DNA of 64,000 nt from an uncultured archaeon (GCA_964430885.1 CAYSHM010000013.1:28529-92528), one strand, 5' to 3'; shown: positions 45,508 through 54,894, numbered from the stretch's first letter. Notes: generated by a model not told the origin, from the letters alone. Translations and numbers: made by a program.

Positions 45508-46518
45508 TTGGAGAATAATATGGATGAAGAAAAACACAAGGCCATAGGTCTGCTTTCCGGCGGATTGGACAGCACCCTGGCTGTTGGAATGATTCTGAAT
45601 GAGGGAGTTGAGGTAATCGCTCTTAACTTTGTAAGTCCTTTCTGCACCTGTACTAAAAAAGGCTGCAGACACCAGGCCAGCAAGGTAGCTGATGATTACG
45701 GTATTGAGATCAAGGTTGTACCAGTTGGTGTGGATTATATAGAAATGATCAGAAATCCGAAACATGGTTACGGTAAGAATTTGAATCCCTGTAAAGACTG
45801 CCGGATCTTTATACTGAAAAAAGCCAAAGCCTTAATGGAGGAACTGGGAGCTTCTTTCATATTTACCGGTGATGTCCTTGGTCAGAGGCCCATGTCCCAG
45901 AGAAGGCCAGCCTTAGATCTTATTGAGAAAGAAGCGGGATTGGAAGGCCTGATCCTACGGCCGCTTTCGGCCAGGCATTTCAAACCAACAATACCGGAAA
46001 AGGAAGGCTGGGTGAATCGAGACAACCTACTTGGTTTTATGGGGAGGAATAGAAAACCCCAGATGAAGCTTGCGGAAGAAATGGATATACGTGATTACGA
46101 CTGTCCGGCAGGGGGCTGTAGGCTTACCAACAGGGAATTCTCAAACAAGCTTCGGGATCTATTTGTTCATAATGAAGAGATTACCAATAACGATTTATTG
46201 TTTTTACGAATAGGCCGCCATTTCAGGTTTGGCGATTCAAAAATAATAGTTGGTAGGGATGAAAAAGATAACGATATGATCAATAAAATGAGCTTGCCCG
46301 AAGACCATCTTTTTGAAGTACCAGGGGTGGGAAGTCCGATATCACTTTTACGGGGTGAAGTGGGGCCTGAAGAGCTTGAGATGGCTGCAAGATTAACTGC
46401 TAGATATTCAGATTCCGTAGAAAAAGAAGTGAACGTGATCCATAGATACTGTGGGAAAGAAGAAACATTGAATGTTGTTCCATTGAAAGAAGAAAAAACA
46501 GCTCAGTTACATATTTGA
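45508..46518 (+). CDS. ThiI/MnmA-like PP-loop tRNA sulfurtransferase with C-terminal DUF814/NFACT-R-like domain
   Basis: LSGGLDS, NPCKDC, TG.VLGQRPMSQ, LRPL, PAGGC.LT, GRHFR. Confidence 0.82.
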   Translation: MENNMDEEKHKAIGLLSGGLDSTLAVGMILNEGVEVIALNFVSPFCTCTKKGCRHQASKVADDYGIEIKVVPVGVDYIEMIRNPKHGYGKNLNPCKDCRIFILKKAKALMEELGASFIFTGDVLGQRPMSQRRPALDLIEKEAGLEGLILRPLSARHFKPTIPEKEGWVNRDNLLGFMGRNRKPQMKLAEEMDIRDYDCPAGGCRLTNREFSNKLRDLFVHNEEITNNDLLFLRIGRHFRFGDSKIIVGRDEKDNDMINKMSLPEDHLFEVPGVGSPISLLRGEVGPEELEMAARLTARYSDSVEKEVNVIHRYCGKEETLNVVPLKEEKTAQLHI

Positions 46519-46606
46519 TAACAAAATCCCCATAAGGAACAATGATAATTATACATGAGGTCTTTCAGGAATATTCGTCCTGTAGTATAATAAATGAGGT
46601 TTGGTA

Positions 46607-47788
46607 ATGAAGATAGCAGTTGGTCTTTCAGGCGGTGTTGATTCTTCAGTAGCAGCTGCGCTGTTAAAGAAGGAAGACCATGAGGTCATTGGAATATGCA
46701 TGAAGATCTGGGATGATGAGGAATCCCCTAAAGGATGCGGCGACGCTACCGGGTTCTCTGATGGGGACGGATGCAGTGATGGGACCGGCTGCGGAGATGA
46801 TCGGATGGATGGAGGAGGGCATGCCTGTTACGGACCGGGAGAGGAGGCGGATATTAAAAGAGCCTCGGATATTTGTCAGAAACTCGATATTCCGTTCCAT
46901 GTATTCGACCTAGGGGATGAATATCAGAGAATTGTCATTGATTATTTCAGGGACGAATACTTGGCAGGCCGGACTCCCAATCCATGCCTTAGATGCAATC
47001 CCGAAATGAAGTTCAGGTCCCTGGTAGATGAGGCTTTAAGCCAGGGCTTGAAATTTGAAAAATTCGCCACGGGACATTACGCCCGGATAGAGTATGTTCC
47101 GAATTTTTCAAAGAATGAGGGCCGTTATATATTAAAAAAGGCCTTGGACCCGACGAAAGACCAGTCGTACGGCTTGATATTCCTCGACCAGAAACTGCTC
47201 GGGAGATCAATATTTCCTTTGGGCAGTATTACAAAGAAGGAGGTTAGGAGGATCGCCCGCGAACTGGATCTTGAAACACATGATGTCCCTGACAGCCAGG
47301 ATTTCTATACTGGAGATTATAGCGATCTTATCGGCAAGGACGATATGCCCGGACCGATACTTAACGGTTCAGGGGAGCAGATAGGGGTCCATAAGGGTAT
47401 TTGGCATTATACCATCGGACAGCGTAAAGGTTTGAGATTATCAACTAGGCACCCCATGTATGTCAAGCGGATCGATGAGAAGAATAATGCGATCATCGTG
47501 GGAACCCGAGATGAGATATTTGCAACTGAGTTTATTGCAGGGAATTTGAATCCGATTGGCGTAGAGGATCTCACCCTATTAACTGATGTTTTCGTGAAGA
47601 TAAGGCATGCTCCTTGGGAAGGGAAAGCTGCTATCTCCACAATTAAAGATAATAAATTAAAGGTAATCTTTGAAGAACCCCAGTGGGCTATTGCCCCGGG
47701 ACAGGCGGTTGGTTTTTACAAAGGGGATATTGTTCTTGGCGGAGGGATCATAGAGGAAACTCTCCAAAGGAGTAAAAATAGATATTAA
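46607..47788 (+). CDS. mnmA: tRNA 2-thiouridine(34) synthase MnmA, bacterial type
   Basis: GLSGGVDS, GRTPNPC..CN, ATGHYAR, D..KDQSY.L, H.G...YTIGQRKGL, A.APGQ. Confidence 0.93.
   Translation: MKIAVGLSGGVDSSVAAALLKKEDHEVIGICMKIWDDEESPKGCGDATGFSDGDGCSDGTGCGDDRMDGGGHACYGPGEEADIKRASDICQKLDIPFHVFDLGDEYQRIVIDYFRDEYLAGRTPNPCLRCNPEMKFRSLVDEALSQGLKFEKFATGHYARIEYVPNFSKNEGRYILKKALDPTKDQSYGLIFLDQKLLGRSIFPLGSITKKEVRRIARELDLETHDVPDSQDFYTGDYSDLIGKDDMPGPILNGSGEQIGVHKGIWHYTIGQRKGLRLSTRHPMYVKRIDEKNNAIIVGTRDEIFATEFIAGNLNPIGVEDLTLLTDVFVKIRHAPWEGKAAISTIKDNKLKVIFEEPQWAIAPGQAVGFYKGDIVLGGGIIEETLQRSKNRY
46733..46804 (+). repeat. Degenerate 18-bp tandem repeat x4 inside mnmA
   Basis: Encodes GCGDAT-GFSDGD-GCSDGT-GCGDDR. 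Confidence 0.7.
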
Positions 47789-47819
47789 GACTATTGAAGA
47801 TGACTTTTTTCAGATGCAA

Positions 47820-48218
47820 TCATAAAATGTCTTTGCTTCTATCAGATTCCCCGCTGAAAACGCTGCAGATGTAGCTTTCCGGAAGAGGCTTGCCAACCTG
47901 CTCAAGATAAATGCGAGCTAAAATATCTGAATTTTTTATACTTTCGCATATATGGCACATCTCGATGATCACTGATGAATCATCACCCTTATCGATCCTA
48001 TCGGCAGATTGCTTGATCATCTCTAAGATATCTTCATCCTTGATGTTCATTTCCCCGCGTTTTCCGGACAAATACTGTGAGATGGCCGCTTCGGTCATAC
48101 CCAATTTTTTTGCTGCCTTAGCCTGTGTATAATTATGATCATTGATAAGGTTTCTTACTATCTCCTTCCTAACTGCTGGAAGAACATACCATATTATTAT
48201 TTCACAGGGAAGTTTCAT
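47820..48218 (-). CDS. Archaeal HTH regulator (COG2522-like; resembles the ThiR N-terminal domain)
   Basis: PCE.....LPA.R..I...L, TQ..AA..LG.T.AAISQYLSGKRG, C..C. Confidence 0.85.
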   Translation of the reverse strand: MKLPCEIIIWYVLPAVRKEIVRNLINDHNYTQAKAAKKLGMTEAAISQYLSGKRGEMNIKDEDILEMIKQSADRIDKGDDSSVIIEMCHICESIKNSDILARIYLEQVGKPLPESYICSVFSGESDRSKDIL

Positions 48219-48236
48219 TTGACCACACCTTAAATA

Positions 48237-49475
48237 TTATCTGCATGCACTCATACTCTTCAGCTCTCTCTCCACCCTTATCTTTTCAATACCGAAAGCG
48301 AGATCCGAAGCCACCTCCTCAAGAAGGTTGAGCTCCTCAGGGTCCATCCTGTATCCCGTTTCAAGGCAGACATTCATAGCACCAATGGTACCTTCCCTGT
48401 GTTTCATAGGTACAATAATGCTCTGATGGTCCCTATCATGTCTGCAGCATCCGCAGTCGCTGCAGTGCTCAGAAGTGTTTTCAATGAGCTTTATACTGCC
48501 CTTTTCTATAACTTCAATAATACATGGAGGGGAACTAATACTGACATCTTCCTCTGAACCATGGTCCTCTTCACACTCATGACCTGAACCATGGTGGCAT
48601 ATGAGCCGGGGTTTGCCGCTATCCAACATAAGGAACATACGGACATCCATATACTTTCTGTTCTCGTACAGTATCTCACAGCATTTTTGAAAAAGTTCAC
48701 CTGGGTTGTCAGTATGGATGATTGCCTGACTGATCTGGAGGATGGAAGTCAATAACTGATTGAAATATGACGCCCTAGCCTCAGCTGTCTTCCTGTCCCT
48801 TATATCTCTCATGAAGAGGGAAAAACCGATTACTCCTCCCTTATCATCCTTGATGGCGTCCATGGTAATACTGATATCCAGGTCCTGGCGCTCCTTTCCC
48901 TTTATAACTATCTCCTCACCGCTGACCAAAGTGCCTTCCTTTACCCTGGCGATCATTTTTTCCCTGATCTTCTTTTTGGGGAAAATAGAAAGTTCGTCTC
49001 CCAGCACCTCTTCTTTTGTGAATCCGGTGAGTTCCTCGGCACTCCGGTTCCAGAAAAAGGCTTCCCCCTCCTCGTTTATTATTACAACTGCATCTTTTGT
49101 CTGCTCGATAACATTTTTGAAGAACTGGGGTGAAGTGGTGAAATCAGACAGTTTCCTGCTTGTCTTGAACTTTGTCTTTATGGAATGGAAAATATCAATG
49201 TTCTCCTCGACATGGGGTCTAAGGAAATATACTTTCCCATACTCTCCGGATCTGGAGGGACTGATAATCTCATGGTCCTGAAGGACCGAAACATGGTGTT
49301 TGATGGTTCTGTAGTTCACACCCATTATTTCAGCCAATTGATTGGTATTGTAGGGTCTCTCCTCAAGAAGCTGAATGATCCTCACCCTGTTCTGACCGCC
49401 TTTTTGCCCCAGTATCAGGAATGACAGGGTCCGTTTCAATGAGAGTGGGTCGTACATGGTAACCGAACTCCACAT
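48237..49475 (-). CDS. ArsR-like wHTH + PAS + GAF one-component regulator
   Basis: GG.NR.RII.LL.ERPYN.NQLA...NY.TI.HH; WN..AE..TG PAS; C-terminal GAF ending EE..LL.EVA.DLAF. Confidence 0.85.
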   Translation of the reverse strand: MWSSVTMYDPLSLKRTLSFLILGQKGGQNRVRIIQLLEERPYNTNQLAEIMGVNYRTIKHHVSVLQDHEIISPSRSGEYGKVYFLRPHVEENIDIFHSIKTKFKTSRKLSDFTTSPQFFKNVIEQTKDAVVIINEEGEAFFWNRSAEELTGFTKEEVLGDELSIFPKKKIREKMIARVKEGTLVSGEEIVIKGKERQDLDISITMDAIKDDKGGVIGFSLFMRDIRDRKTAEARASYFNQLLTSILQISQAIIHTDNPGELFQKCCEILYENRKYMDVRMFLMLDSGKPRLICHHGSGHECEEDHGSEEDVSISSPPCIIEVIEKGSIKLIENTSEHCSDCGCCRHDRDHQSIIVPMKHREGTIGAMNVCLETGYRMDPEELNLLEEVASDLAFGIEKIRVERELKSMSACR

Positions 49476-49684
49476 GGTATTTGTTTTTTTTAAATCTTTT
49501 CTTGGTGCTGTTGAAATAAACTATTTTACAAAAAATGAAATTTTTCATTCCTCTATTTGTAAGAAAATTGCATATCAATTACACCCCTTCTTGAAGTTAT
49601 CTTATATACCGCACAACCGTTTAATATTGATGAATATGTTAACAAATTGAAGCGATGGTGTTATATTTAACCGAGGTTTTGGCC

Positions 49685-49807
49685 ATGAACAAGAAGGGAG
49701 GGATCTATCTCTGCAAGATATGCGGAAACAAAGTGGAGTTGGTTGACTGCGGAGAGGGTAATCTCGTATGCTGCGGTGAGTGTATGATACTCATCGAGGA
49801 CGAATGA
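49685..49807 (+). CDS. Desulforedoxin (40 aa, absent from the ORF track)
   Basis: MNKKGGIYLCKICGNKVELVDCGEGNLVCCGECMILIEDE*: CxxC...CCG..M signature; GAGGT RBS. Confidence 0.88.
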   Translation: MNKKGGIYLCKICGNKVELVDCGEGNLVCCGECMILIEDE

Positions 49808-49871
49808 ATTAATTATTACGGAGTTACTTTCATATGTGTTAAAACTGTAAAAAAATTGATAAGGTGATTCA

Positions 49872-50267
49872 ATGAGCGATATAGGAGAATTGTACAAGAG
49901 TGCCGACTGGAAAAATGAAAAGCATGTGCCTGCTATAGAGGTTGCCGGGCCCGTGAAGAAGACCGAGATAGTGACCATAAGCGCTGCTGTGGGCAAGGAG
50001 ATCGCCCATCCCAATACAACCGGGCATCATATATCCTGGCTGGAGCTGTATTTCCTCCCGGAGGGAAGCAAGAACCCATACATGCTGAGCCGTTTCGATT
50101 TCGTATCCCACGGAGCTTCACCCAGAGGTCCGGATACAAGCGAGGTATATACTGAGCCTTCTGTTACAGCCAAGGTGAAGCTGGGCGGAAGCGGAAAAGT
50201 GATAGCCACGTCCTATTGCAATATCCATGGGCTGTGGACCGGGTCAATGGATCTGGTTGTGGAATAG
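49872..50267 (+). CDS. sor: Superoxide reductase, neelaredoxin/class II
   Basis: EKHVP, HP....HHI.W, CNIHGLW. Confidence 0.93.
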   Translation: MSDIGELYKSADWKNEKHVPAIEVAGPVKKTEIVTISAAVGKEIAHPNTTGHHISWLELYFLPEGSKNPYMLSRFDFVSHGASPRGPDTSEVYTEPSVTAKVKLGGSGKVIATSYCNIHGLWTGSMDLVVE

Positions 50268-50381
50268 AAAAAAGGAAAGAGGATGTAACTGGGTAATGAT
50301 CAATTCAAGCAATGCTCCCGTTTTAATCCTCTTTATTATTTTATGGTTATATTCTATGGTAATATCTTATGGTGATGAATT

Positions 50382-51740
50382 ATGCTTTTCAAAAGAATCG
50401 AATCAGAGGGTCTGGCGCATTATTCCTACATCTTCGGACACAACGGAAAGGCTGCTGTTATCGACCCCAGGCTTGACTGCGGCATATATCTCGAAATGGC
50501 CGTGGGTAACGGTTACCGTATAAATCATATCTTCGAGACACATCGGAACGAGGATTATCTATCCGGCTCGGCAGAGCTGGCTCGGCGTTCAGGTGCCGAG
50601 GTATGGCATGCCGATTCCCAGTTGGACTATGATTACGGTACTTCTGTAAAAGACGGAGATGTGTGGAAGATCGGCGGCTTGACCCTTACCGCCCTTCACA
50701 CGCCGGGACATACCGAAGGCAGTATGAGCTATCTTTTAAGGGATCCTGATGGAAATCCCTGGATAGTGTTTACAGGCGACCTGATCTTTGCAGGGGATGT
50801 TGGAAGGACTGATTTTCTGGGGAAGGAAAACCTAGAGAGAATGGCCGGCCTTCAGTACGATTCCATATATGAAAAGATACTGCCTCTGGGCGATGGTGTG
50901 ATTATGTGCGCTGCCCACGGTGCGGGTTCGGTCTGCGGCGGGGATATTGCTCAGAGAACCTATACAACTGTTGGTATGGAGCGGGAATACAACCCTCATC
51001 TACAATATGATGACCGTAACTCTTTTATCAAGAATACTGCCAAGATCATGGAATACGCGCCCTATTTCAAGGCCATGGAGAAGGAGAACCTTGAGGGCCG
51101 TATAATGGGGGGAAGAATGCCGATTCCCATGCCGCTGTCGGCCAAGGAGGTCCATCGAATGTCCCAGAACTGCTATGTTCTGGATACACGGGATTACAAT
51201 GCCTTTGCTTCAGCTCATGTACCCGGTGCTATATCCATCTGGGCGGAGGGCGTTCCAAGCTTTACAGGCTGGTTCATACCGACAGAAAAACCTATCATTC
51301 TTGTGAATGACAGCGACAATCCCAAACCAATCGTCCGCAAACTTATACGGATAGGTTTCCACAACCTGGCAGGTTATCTTTCAGGAGGGATGCTCAAATG
51401 GCATATGGCCGGATTGAAGAGCGCATCTGTAGAAACCGTCAGCGTTCAGGAGCTATGCGGGATACTTGATGCAGGCGTAGAAACCTGGATACTTGATGTC
51501 AGAAGCGAAAAGGAGCAGCACAGGGGCCGTAGGATCCCCAATGCCCACAATATTCCTGTGACACATATCATTGAAAATATGGACAATATACCCGAGGATA
51601 AGACTGTGTTCATATTCTGCGGGTCAGGTCTCAGAGCAATGACCGCCGCTAGTCTAATGAAGAGAGAAGAACGAAACAATGTGGTTGTAATTCTTGGCGG
51701 CATGTCCGGTTGGAGTTCAGTGACCTGTGAACTTGAGTAG
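50382..51740 (+). CDS. MBL-fold hydrolase with two rhodanese domains
   Basis: ETHRNEDY, HTPGHT, FTGD..F.GDVGR.D, AHGAGS.CG; C-terminal FCGSGLRA. Confidence 0.9.
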   Translation: MLFKRIESEGLAHYSYIFGHNGKAAVIDPRLDCGIYLEMAVGNGYRINHIFETHRNEDYLSGSAELARRSGAEVWHADSQLDYDYGTSVKDGDVWKIGGLTLTALHTPGHTEGSMSYLLRDPDGNPWIVFTGDLIFAGDVGRTDFLGKENLERMAGLQYDSIYEKILPLGDGVIMCAAHGAGSVCGGDIAQRTYTTVGMEREYNPHLQYDDRNSFIKNTAKIMEYAPYFKAMEKENLEGRIMGGRMPIPMPLSAKEVHRMSQNCYVLDTRDYNAFASAHVPGAISIWAEGVPSFTGWFIPTEKPIILVNDSDNPKPIVRKLIRIGFHNLAGYLSGGMLKWHMAGLKSASVETVSVQELCGILDAGVETWILDVRSEKEQHRGRRIPNAHNIPVTHIIENMDNIPEDKTVFIFCGSGLRAMTAASLMKREERNNVVVILGGMSGWSSVTCELE

Positions 51741-51760
51741 ATAGATAGATAGATAGATAG
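51738..51760. repeat. (TAGA)5TAG microsatellite starting at the stop codon
   Basis: tagatagatagatagatagatag. Confidence 0.85.
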
Positions 51761-51802
51761 TAATTTTATCAACCAATCTTAAAGTAATTATAATATTACA
51801 GA

Positions 51803-52294
51803 GTGATCAAAATGGAAAAGAATAAGGAAACTTTGAAAATAGGCGATCCGGCACCGGATTTCTGCCTATCTTCCAGTACCGGCGATGAAGTTTGCTTAAA
51901 AGACCTGAAAGGTAAATGGGTAGTACTATATTTCTATCCCAAGGATAATACTCCCGGATGCACAAAGGAGTCCAAGGAATTCTCTAATAACCTGGAAAAG
52001 ATCAAAAAAATGGGTTCAGAGGTTTTCGGTATCAGCAAGGATTCAATAAAGAGCCACTGCAAATTCGCTGAGAAACACTCGCTCATGGTACCTCTTTTAT
52101 CCGATCTGGAGGTCTCCATGATAAAGGATTACAAGGTCTGGAAACCCAAGAAGATGTTCGGCAAGGAATTCTTGGGTGTGGTGAGAGCCACCTACATTAT
52201 CGGTCCTGATGGTAAGATAGCCCATGTGTGGCCCAAGGTAAAGGTAACAGGTCATGTTGAGGATGTAATGGCCAAGCTTCGTGAATTGATGTGA
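51803..52294 (+). CDS. bcp: Peroxiredoxin Bcp/PrxQ
   Basis: VVLYFYPKDNTPGCTKE, GISKD...SH.KF. Confidence 0.93.
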   Translation: MIKMEKNKETLKIGDPAPDFCLSSSTGDEVCLKDLKGKWVVLYFYPKDNTPGCTKESKEFSNNLEKIKKMGSEVFGISKDSIKSHCKFAEKHSLMVPLLSDLEVSMIKDYKVWKPKKMFGKEFLGVVRATYIIGPDGKIAHVWPKVKVTGHVEDVMAKLRELM

Positions 52295-52935
52295 GTACAG
52301 AGCTTGCGGAATCTGAAAATCTCAATCTAAAGGTGCCTATTATGGAATTGCAGTCTGTTATCGAAAAAAGAAGAGCTTCTCGGGCTCTGAAAGGCGTAGA
52401 GATATTTGACGAAATTGTAGATGAATTGAAAAAAGCTTCCAGCCTGGCCCCTTCATGCTTTAACAATCAGCCTTGGCATTTCATATTTGTAAGACAGGAG
52501 GAAAAATTGAACCGTGTTATATCAGCACTGTCAAGGGGAAACGCCTGGGCGGGAAATGCTAGCATGATAGTGGCAGTGGTTTCCAAAAAGGAGGATGACT
52601 GCATACTCGGAACCAGAGAATATTTCCTGTTCGATACGGGTATGGCTGCTGCATTTATGATACTTCGTGCAATCGAACTTGGTCTTGTGGCCCATCCTAT
52701 TGCAGGCTACTCACCGGAGAAAGTAAAAGGAATATTGAAAATTCCTGAAGAAATGACCCTCATCGCTCTATTGGTGGTCGGGGAGCATGATGAGGAATAC
52801 TTGAACCCATCAGGTTCGGAAACGCTTCTATCTGAGAAGCAGCTAAAGGCCGAGAGCGATAGGCCTGAAAGAAAACCCTTCAATGAAAACTACCATATGG
52901 ATGCCTATACGGAAAAGAGGCCCGAAAAGCAGTAA
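52291..52935 (+). CDS. Nitroreductase family protein
   Basis: RRASR, APSCFNNQPWHF, D.G.A...M.L.A..LGL. Confidence 0.9.
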   Translation: MSTELAESENLNLKVPIMELQSVIEKRRASRALKGVEIFDEIVDELKKASSLAPSCFNNQPWHFIFVRQEEKLNRVISALSRGNAWAGNASMIVAVVSKKEDDCILGTREYFLFDTGMAAAFMILRAIELGLVAHPIAGYSPEKVKGILKIPEEMTLIALLVVGEHDEEYLNPSGSETLLSEKQLKAESDRPERKPFNENYHMDAYTEKRPEKQ

Positions 52936-53023
52936 ATGAGAAGGAAATTTGTATAAAATATGGCGCCGTTAAACAATTGCTGACCAATTATTATCATATA
53001 TTCAAGACAGGTTGTGTTTAATC

Positions 53024-53863
53024 ATGAGAACAATAAGAGGTATAATAACTTTCACAATGACTGCCCTTTTGATCATCGGCAGTATGCTGATCTTCACCGG
53101 GGTGAGCGCCCACGGCCCCCAGTCAATGAGCATCGCATATGATCTGGAAAACGGGAATCTGACAGTAAATATAAGCCATATAGTGGTCAATCCGACCCTG
53201 CATTATATCGAGAAGGTCGATGTTGATATAAATGATATCAATGTGCTTAGCCAGGATTATCCATCACAGCCCAGCAATGATGCTTTTAGCTATTATTATG
53301 ATGTTGCCGCCAATCCGGGGGATGTGATCAATGTCACCGCCACCTGCAGTGTGGGTGGCTCAGCCAAGGAAACCCTTAAGGTTCCATCAGATACCCCTGA
53401 GGAAGATTCAACCCCCCCGGATGTAAAGATAAGCGCCCCCAGTGAAGGTGCAGTGCTCACCTCGAATTCTCTTGAAGTACGAGGTTCAGCCACAGATAAT
53501 GTTGAGGTATCACTTGTAGAAGCCCAGGTTAACGGCGGTATATGGCATACATGCGATGGTCTTCCATTTTGGACTGTGGATGTCACACTTCAGGAAGGGG
53601 CCAACGTTATTGAGGTCCGCGCTACTGATTCCACCGGGAACTGGGCAGTAGACTATGTTAATGTGACCTACGACAATGACGGCGGACAGCAATCGGACGA
53701 CGATGAACCTGATCCAGGTAATTCAGATGATGACAGCGATTCCGACGGGCCGGGTGCTACAGAAACCGATAGTGACCGCAAAGTTCCCGGATTTACGTCC
53801 GTGATAATTGCTTCTGGCTTAGGGATTGTTGTGATCATAGCAGTTCTTAGAAGGAGAATTTAA
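53024..53863 (+). CDS. Secreted SOR/desulfoferrodoxin-like domain + Ig domain + PGF-CTERM anchor
   Basis: Signal ending VSA|H; H-G-P, SH, LHYI, ATC motifs; DSTPP.V.I..P Ig domain; VPGF-TM-RRR tail. Confidence 0.7.
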   Translation: MRTIRGIITFTMTALLIIGSMLIFTGVSAHGPQSMSIAYDLENGNLTVNISHIVVNPTLHYIEKVDVDINDINVLSQDYPSQPSNDAFSYYYDVAANPGDVINVTATCSVGGSAKETLKVPSDTPEEDSTPPDVKISAPSEGAVLTSNSLEVRGSATDNVEVSLVEAQVNGGIWHTCDGLPFWTVDVTLQEGANVIEVRATDSTGNWAVDYVNVTYDNDGGQQSDDDEPDPGNSDDDSDSDGPGATETDSDRKVPGFTSVIIASGLGIVVIIAVLRRRI

Positions 53864-53923
53864 GGAGCTGTTTCTTTGAGAAGGTGTTCCTTTAATGAAT
53901 AAAAAAAAACAACGGAAGTTAGC

Positions 53924-54076
53924 ATGAGCGAACTGGGCAATCTATGTCCAAATTGCGGATATGATGACGGATTTCATGTATCCTATGTGCCTGATGAAAA
54001 TGGTATGAGGATAATCAATATCTGTCCGGACTGCCATTCAAGGTTTGATCCTGGATGGGTGATCGGAAAGGACTGA
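53924..54076 (+). CDS. Small CxxC..CxxC metal-binding protein (50 aa, absent from the ORF track)
   Basis: MSELGNLCPNCGYDDGFHVSYVPDENGMRIINICPDCHSRFDPGWVIGKD*. Confidence 0.75.
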   Translation: MSELGNLCPNCGYDDGFHVSYVPDENGMRIINICPDCHSRFDPGWVIGKD

Positions 54077-54125
54077 TTGATGATGATAATAAATTATTAG
54101 TGATATGATAATAGGAGTGAGCATC

Positions 54126-54410
54126 ATGGAATACGAAGTAGTAGAAGGAAAGGACAAGGGCGATGTAATGCTTTACGCCCTGAGCACTTGTGTCTGGTGC
54201 CGAAAGACCAAGAGGTTGTTATCCGAAATAGGCGTGAAGTACCGATATATATTTATTGATCGTTTGGATCCTGAAGAAAAGGATAAGGTGGTTGCTGAGA
54301 TGGAGAAATGGAATCCAAGATGCTCTTTCCCCACCCTGGTGATAAACAAAGAGAAATGCATTGTCGGATTCAAGGACGCGGAAATAAAGGAGGAACTAGG
54401 TGATGGATGA
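54126..54410 (+). CDS. Glutaredoxin-like protein
   Basis: LYALSTCVWCRKTK, NPR.SFPT.VI, IVGF. Confidence 0.9.
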   Translation: MEYEVVEGKDKGDVMLYALSTCVWCRKTKRLLSEIGVKYRYIFIDRLDPEEKDKVVAEMEKWNPRCSFPTLVINKEKCIVGFKDAEIKEELGDG

Positions 54411-54777
54411 TTTTGACATCTATTCCGAAAGGGTAAACAAGATCTTAAAAAATCTGGACAGAAGGGCCGAGAAAACCGGTAATCATCTGAATCCCGACGA
54501 GGAGTTCACAAGGGAACTTATAGTTAGTCTCCTCATCAACCAGAACCGCTATGGATATTGGGCGTGTCCATGCCGATTGGCCTCAGGAAACCGGGAAGAA
54601 GACCGGGACCTGATATGCCCATGCGCCTACAGGGATGCCGATGTGGACGAATTCGGGGCCTGCTTCTGCGCTCTCTATATAGACGATGATATCAAAAAGG
54701 GATTAAAAGAAGCGGAACCGGTTCCCGAGAGACGGCCCCGAGACAGAGAGGAGCGCCCTCAATTCAAAGATGATTGA
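54400..54777 (+). CDS. Ferredoxin:thioredoxin reductase catalytic subunit-like protein
   Basis: CPC, CPC and CFC motifs (YG..ACPCR...ICPC...GACFCALY). Confidence 0.92.
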   Translation: MMDDFDIYSERVNKILKNLDRRAEKTGNHLNPDEEFTRELIVSLLINQNRYGYWACPCRLASGNREEDRDLICPCAYRDADVDEFGACFCALYIDDDIKKGLKEAEPVPERRPRDREERPQFKDD

Positions 54778-54894
54778 TTGTAAAATTAATTAGTAATTGG
54801 TCAGTTAATCCATTAATTAACTTTATTAATTACATTTGAGAAAATCAATTAATTATATTTCTATTAACTAGATCAATTATTTTATATCAAATAC

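Noticed and set aside
51738-51760. (TAGA)n as a phase-variation switch
   Set aside because: It begins at the stop codon and lies outside coding sequence, so no frameshift effect; probably slippage
53924-54076. CPDCH as a c-type heme site
   Set aside because: No signal peptide, and it pairs with an upstream CPNC, which fits a Zn/Fe ribbon better
54778-54894. AT-rich TTAATTAA-like palindromes
   Set aside because: Low-complexity region between convergent genes; such palindromes are expected by chance
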